NCBI GenBank assembly: GCA_002269645.1
Contig: NIVC01001252.1
Span: 62,001-126,000, forward strand
Direction of reading: 5' to 3'
From: Macrostomum lignano
Lineage: Eukaryota
DNA: 64,000 nucleotides
Below are positions 59,980 to 64,000 of this stretch, one piece after another. A model generated the notes under the pieces. It worked only from the letters and a program-made list of their open reading frames with translations, was not told the DNA's origin and did not search any database. Both the position numbers and the translations under genes were made by a program. Each line of letters opens with the position of its first letter. Within the stretch, counting starts at the first letter, position 1.

Positions 59980-60735
59980 CTCACCCCTACCCTGATCATC
60001 AGCGTTCTTCAGAGCAACCACCTCACTCCCCTACCCTGATCATCAGCGTTCTTCAGAGCAACCACCTCACTCCCCTACCCTGATCATCAGCGTTCTTCAG
60101 AGCAACCACCTCACTCCCCTACCCTGATCATCAGCGTTCTTCAGAGCAACCACCTCACTCCCCTACCCTGATCATCAGCGTTCTTCAGAGCAACCACCTC
60201 ACTCCCCTACCCTGATCATCAGCGTTCTTCAGAGCAACCACCTCACTCCCCTACCCTGATCATCAGCGTTCTTCAGAGCAACCACCTCACTCCCCTACCC
60301 TGATCATCAGCGTTCTTCAGAGCAACCACCTCACTCCCCTACCCTGATCATCAGCGTTCTTCAGAGCAACCACCTCACTCCCCTACCCTGATCATCAGCG
60401 TTCTTCAGAGCAACCACCTCACTCCCCTACCCTGATCATCAGCGTTCTTCAGAGCAACCACCTCACTCCCCTACCCTGATCATCAGCGTTCTTCAGAGCA
60501 ACCACCTCACTCCCCTACCCTGATCATCAGCGTTCTTCAGAGCAACCACCTCACTCCCCTACCCTGATCATCAGCGTTCTTCAGAGCAACCACCTCACTC
60601 CCCTACCCTGATCATCAGCGTTCTTCAGAGCAACCACCTCACTCCCCTACCCTGATCATCAGTGTTCTTCAGAGCAACCACCTCACTCCCCTACCCTGAT
60701 CATCAGTGTTCTTCAGAGCAACCACCTCACTCCCC
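59980..60735. repeat. 44-bp near-perfect minisatellite (accacctcactcccctaccctgatcatcagcgttcttcagagca), about 17 copies
   Basis: Visible array. Only the last two units carry a c>t change. Confidence 0.97.
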
Positions 60736-61644
60736 TTCTCTCCATAATGCTCTCTTCGCCTTAGCCCTAAAACATTAACCATCACTGCAAACTTTTTATA
60801 TTTTATCGATGGCACTGCAACTTTTCCACTTAGCTTTAAGTATCTACCATATCGATTTAACTATTCATCGAAGTTATATTCAACTGGACAATTTATGTTC
60901 TATCCTGCAATATCAAAACTACAAAGACTGCTCTTACCAGACTACTTACAAAGTCGAATGAGTAGAAACTAAGGAAATAGCACTGTCGTAATTATCTACT
61001 ACTGAGCAATAAAAGCACAATTGAAATTTTCTCCTCATCAAACTTTCGCTGGTGGAGTTTCTTCAATTTTGTGCACTGAACTTTCACTTGAAAGAGAGCA
61101 TTGCTGGATACACTTTTGCTAAAAAGAATCCATCCCATTGTGCACGGCAGGGCCAGGATGCAGTTGAGCCAATCGTGATAAACTTCCGAAAGGCAAAAAA
61201 ATATTTCAAAGATTCTTTTGTGCGCGCCGCAGCTCACAATGGCGGGCGGCGATCGTAAAAAAGGGCTGGGCTGGCCGGTTTTGAATCAGCGACCAACTTA
61301 TTCAGCAAGAAAATATGATCGCTATTGATAAAAAGCAAGTCAGGTAGGTAAGCTGCTTTTAGGAGGACTGCGCGGATGACCGCGAATATGGGCGACTGGC
61401 TGGGAAACTGCTGATCAGGTGCTTGCTGAGAGAATCGGCTGTATATCAAAATTTTGCTCTAATAGGTTTCATATTATGGTGAACATTTGCGGTATTCAGA
61501 ACGAGTATGTAGAGCGCAGATAAAAAAAATTATAGCCATTATAATTTTACTATAGTAGATTTAGTAACTCATTTTAAAGGTATCTACCATTGAGCATTTA
61601 ATGACTCAGAAAGAGACTGTGAGGGAAAAGAGAGGAAGTGGCAA

Positions 61645-62145
61645 TAGGGTGAGCAGAAGAGAGTGAGGGTGAGCAGGAGAGAGTGAGGGTGAGCAGAAGA
61701 GAGTGAGGGTGAGCAGGAGAGAGTGAGGGTGAGCAGAAGAGAGTGAGGGTGAGCAGAAGAGAGTGAGGGTGAGCAGAAGAGAGTGAGGGTGAGCAGAAGA
61801 GAGTGAGGGTGAGCAGGAGAGAGTGAGGGTGAGCAGGAGAGAGTGAGGGTGAGCAGAAGAGAGTGAGGGTGAGCAGAAGAGAGTGAGGGTGAGCAGGAGA
61901 GAGTGAGGGTGAGCAGGAGAGAGTGAGGGTGAGCAGGAGAGAGTGAGGGTGAGCAGGAAAGAGTGAGGGTGAGCAGGAGAGAGTGAGGGTGAGCAGGAGA
62001 GAGTGAGGGTGAGCAGGAGAGAGTGAGGGTGAGCAGAAGAGAGTGAGGGTGAGCAGAAGAGAGTGAGGGTGAGCAGAAGAGAGTGAGGGTGAGCAGGAGA
62101 GAGTGAGGGTGAGCAGGAGAGAGTGAGGGTGAGCAGGAGAGAAGA
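61645..62145. repeat. 20-bp minisatellite (gagtgagggtgagcag(g/a)aga), about 25 copies
   Basis: Visible array. Confidence 0.96.
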
Positions 62146-62539
62146 GGTGAGGCATTTGACCAGCACTAACAATGTTCGCTGTGTTCGCGCGAGCCATTGG
62201 TGAATGTAGGCAGTCAGCCAGACGACAGTAAGGAGAGCATCCTGACTCAGACTCGCCACCGGCCTGTCTGCTTATCAGATGAGATAAGAAGGTATCCCAT
62301 TTCTGCTTTGGCGAATCGAATGCTCACCAGTTAATTGGGAATTTTATACGAGTATGGCCAGGCCAAGAATTGAGGCCTCGATTTGATCGAATTTCTATTT
62401 GGTCTCCGGTGTCTGTTTTTTTATTCCCTAAGGTCAAGGCATCAAGAGATTAAAATCTTTCATTTTATAATTAGCTTTAATTGCTATTTGACTTAATAAA
62501 CTATCAAACTTAAGTTTTTTACAAACTTGGTGTTTCTAA

Positions 62540-64000
62540 GGGACAGGCTGCGAGTGATAGGTGTGTACAGGCTGAGAGAGACAGGTGGACAGGCTGAGAG
62601 AGACAGGTGGACAGGCTGAGAGAGACAGGTGGACAGAATGAGAGAGACAGGTGGACAGGATGAGAGAGACAGGTGGACAGGATGAGAGAGACAGTGACAG
62701 GCTGAGAGAGACAGGGACAGGCTGGGAGAGACAGGGACAGGCTGAGAGAGACAGGGACAGGCTGGGAGAGACAGGGACAGGCTGAGAGAGACAGGGACAG
62801 GCTGAGAGAGACAGTGACAGGCTGAGAGAGACAGTGACAGGCTGAGAGAGACGGGGACAGGCTGGGAGAGACAGGGACAGGCTGAGAGAGACAGGGACAG
62901 GCTGAGAGAGACAGTGACAGGCTGAGAGAGACAGGTGGACAGGCTGAGAGAGACAGGTGGACAGGATGAGAGAGACAGGTGGACAGGCTGAGAGAGACAG
63001 GTGGACAGAATGAGAGAGACAGGTGGACAGGCTGAGAGAGACAGGTGGACAGAATGAGAGAGACAGGTGGACAGGATGAGAGAGACAGGTGGATAGGCTG
63101 AGAGAGACAGGTGGACAGGCTGAGAGAGACAGGTGGACAGGCTGAGAGAGACAGGTGGACAGGATGAGAGAGACAGGTGGACAGGCTGAGAGAGACAGGT
63201 GGACAGGCTGAGAGAGACAGGTGTACAGGCTGAGAGAGACAGGTGGACAGGCTGAGAGAGACAGGTGGACAGGCTGAGAGAGACAGGTGGACAGAATGAG
63301 AGAGACAGGTGGACAGGATGAGAGAGACAGGGACAGGCTGAGAGAGACAGGTGGACAGGCTGGGAGAGACAGGGACAGGCTGAGAGAGACAGGGACAGGC
63401 TGGGAGAGACAGGGACAGGCTGGGAGAGACAGGTGGACAGGCTGAGAGAGACAGGTGGACAGGCTGGGAGAGACAGGGACAGGCTGAGAGAGACAGTGAC
63501 AGGCTGAGAGAGACAGTGACAGGCTGAGAGAGACAGTGACAGGCTGAGAGAGACAGGTGGACAGGCTGTGAGAGACAGGTGGACAGGCTGAGAGAGACAG
63601 GTGGACAGGCTGTGAGAGACAGGTGGACAGGCTGAGAGAGACAGGTGGACAGGCTGAGAGAGACAGGTGGACAGGCTGAGAGAGACAGGTGGACAGGATG
63701 AGAGAGACAGTTGGACAGAATGAGAGAGACAGGTGGACAGGATGAGAGAGACAGGTGGACAGGATGAGAGAGACAGGTGGACAGGATGAGAGAGACAGGT
63801 GGACAGAATGAGAGAGACAGGTGGACAGGATGAGAGAGACAGGTGGACAGGCTGAGAGAGACAGGTGGACAGGCTGAGATGAGACAGGTGGACAGGCTGA
63901 GAGAGACAGGTGGACAGGCTGAGAGAGACAGGTGGACAGGCTGAGAGAGACAGGTGGACAGGCTGAGATGAGACAGGTGGACAGGCTGAGAGAGACAGGT
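62540..64000. repeat. 20/22-bp minisatellite (gacaggctgagagagacaggtg), running off the window end
   Basis: Visible array. Confidence 0.96.

Noticed and set aside
60992-61449. GC-richer patch with short ORFs on both strands
   Set aside because: No frame is consistent with the nearby splice signals and no domain is recognisable.

Overview
Eukaryotic (metazoan) genomic DNA. GC-rich spliced exons sit among AT-rich, minisatellite-filled introns, and there is a TTAGGG-type telomere-like tract. The style is most like a free-living flatworm such as Macrostomum, but that is inference. Five genes are supported: a p24/TMED GOLD-domain gene (minus strand, 618-3184, with a probable GC-AG intron); nucleoprotein TPR (+, 7 coding exons seen, 12557-28916); the RBR E3 ligase RNF217 (+, 30560-39708, split by a 7.7-kb 34-bp minisatellite intron); a TRAF-type RING/zinc-finger gene with no MATH domain (+, 41653-42777); and a class C GPCR of the mangetout/mXR type (+, 48256 to about 53160 or 57989). 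The most notable observation is an intact, diverged duplicate of the GPCR's TM4-TM7 exon (59408-59926). It has a phase-matched acceptor and has lost the TM6 Trp and the TM7 PKxY motif, so it could serve as a mutually exclusive alternative receptor core. The rest of the window holds TIR transposons (EnSpm-like, hAT MITE, a PHD-carrying element, mariner and Tc1-like remnants), a LINE 3' fragment, two tRNA-derived SINE families and about 13 tandem arrays. All very long ORFs in the track, apart from the TPR last exon, are minisatellite artefacts. Exon boundaries were read by eye from GT/GC-AG signals and frame continuity.
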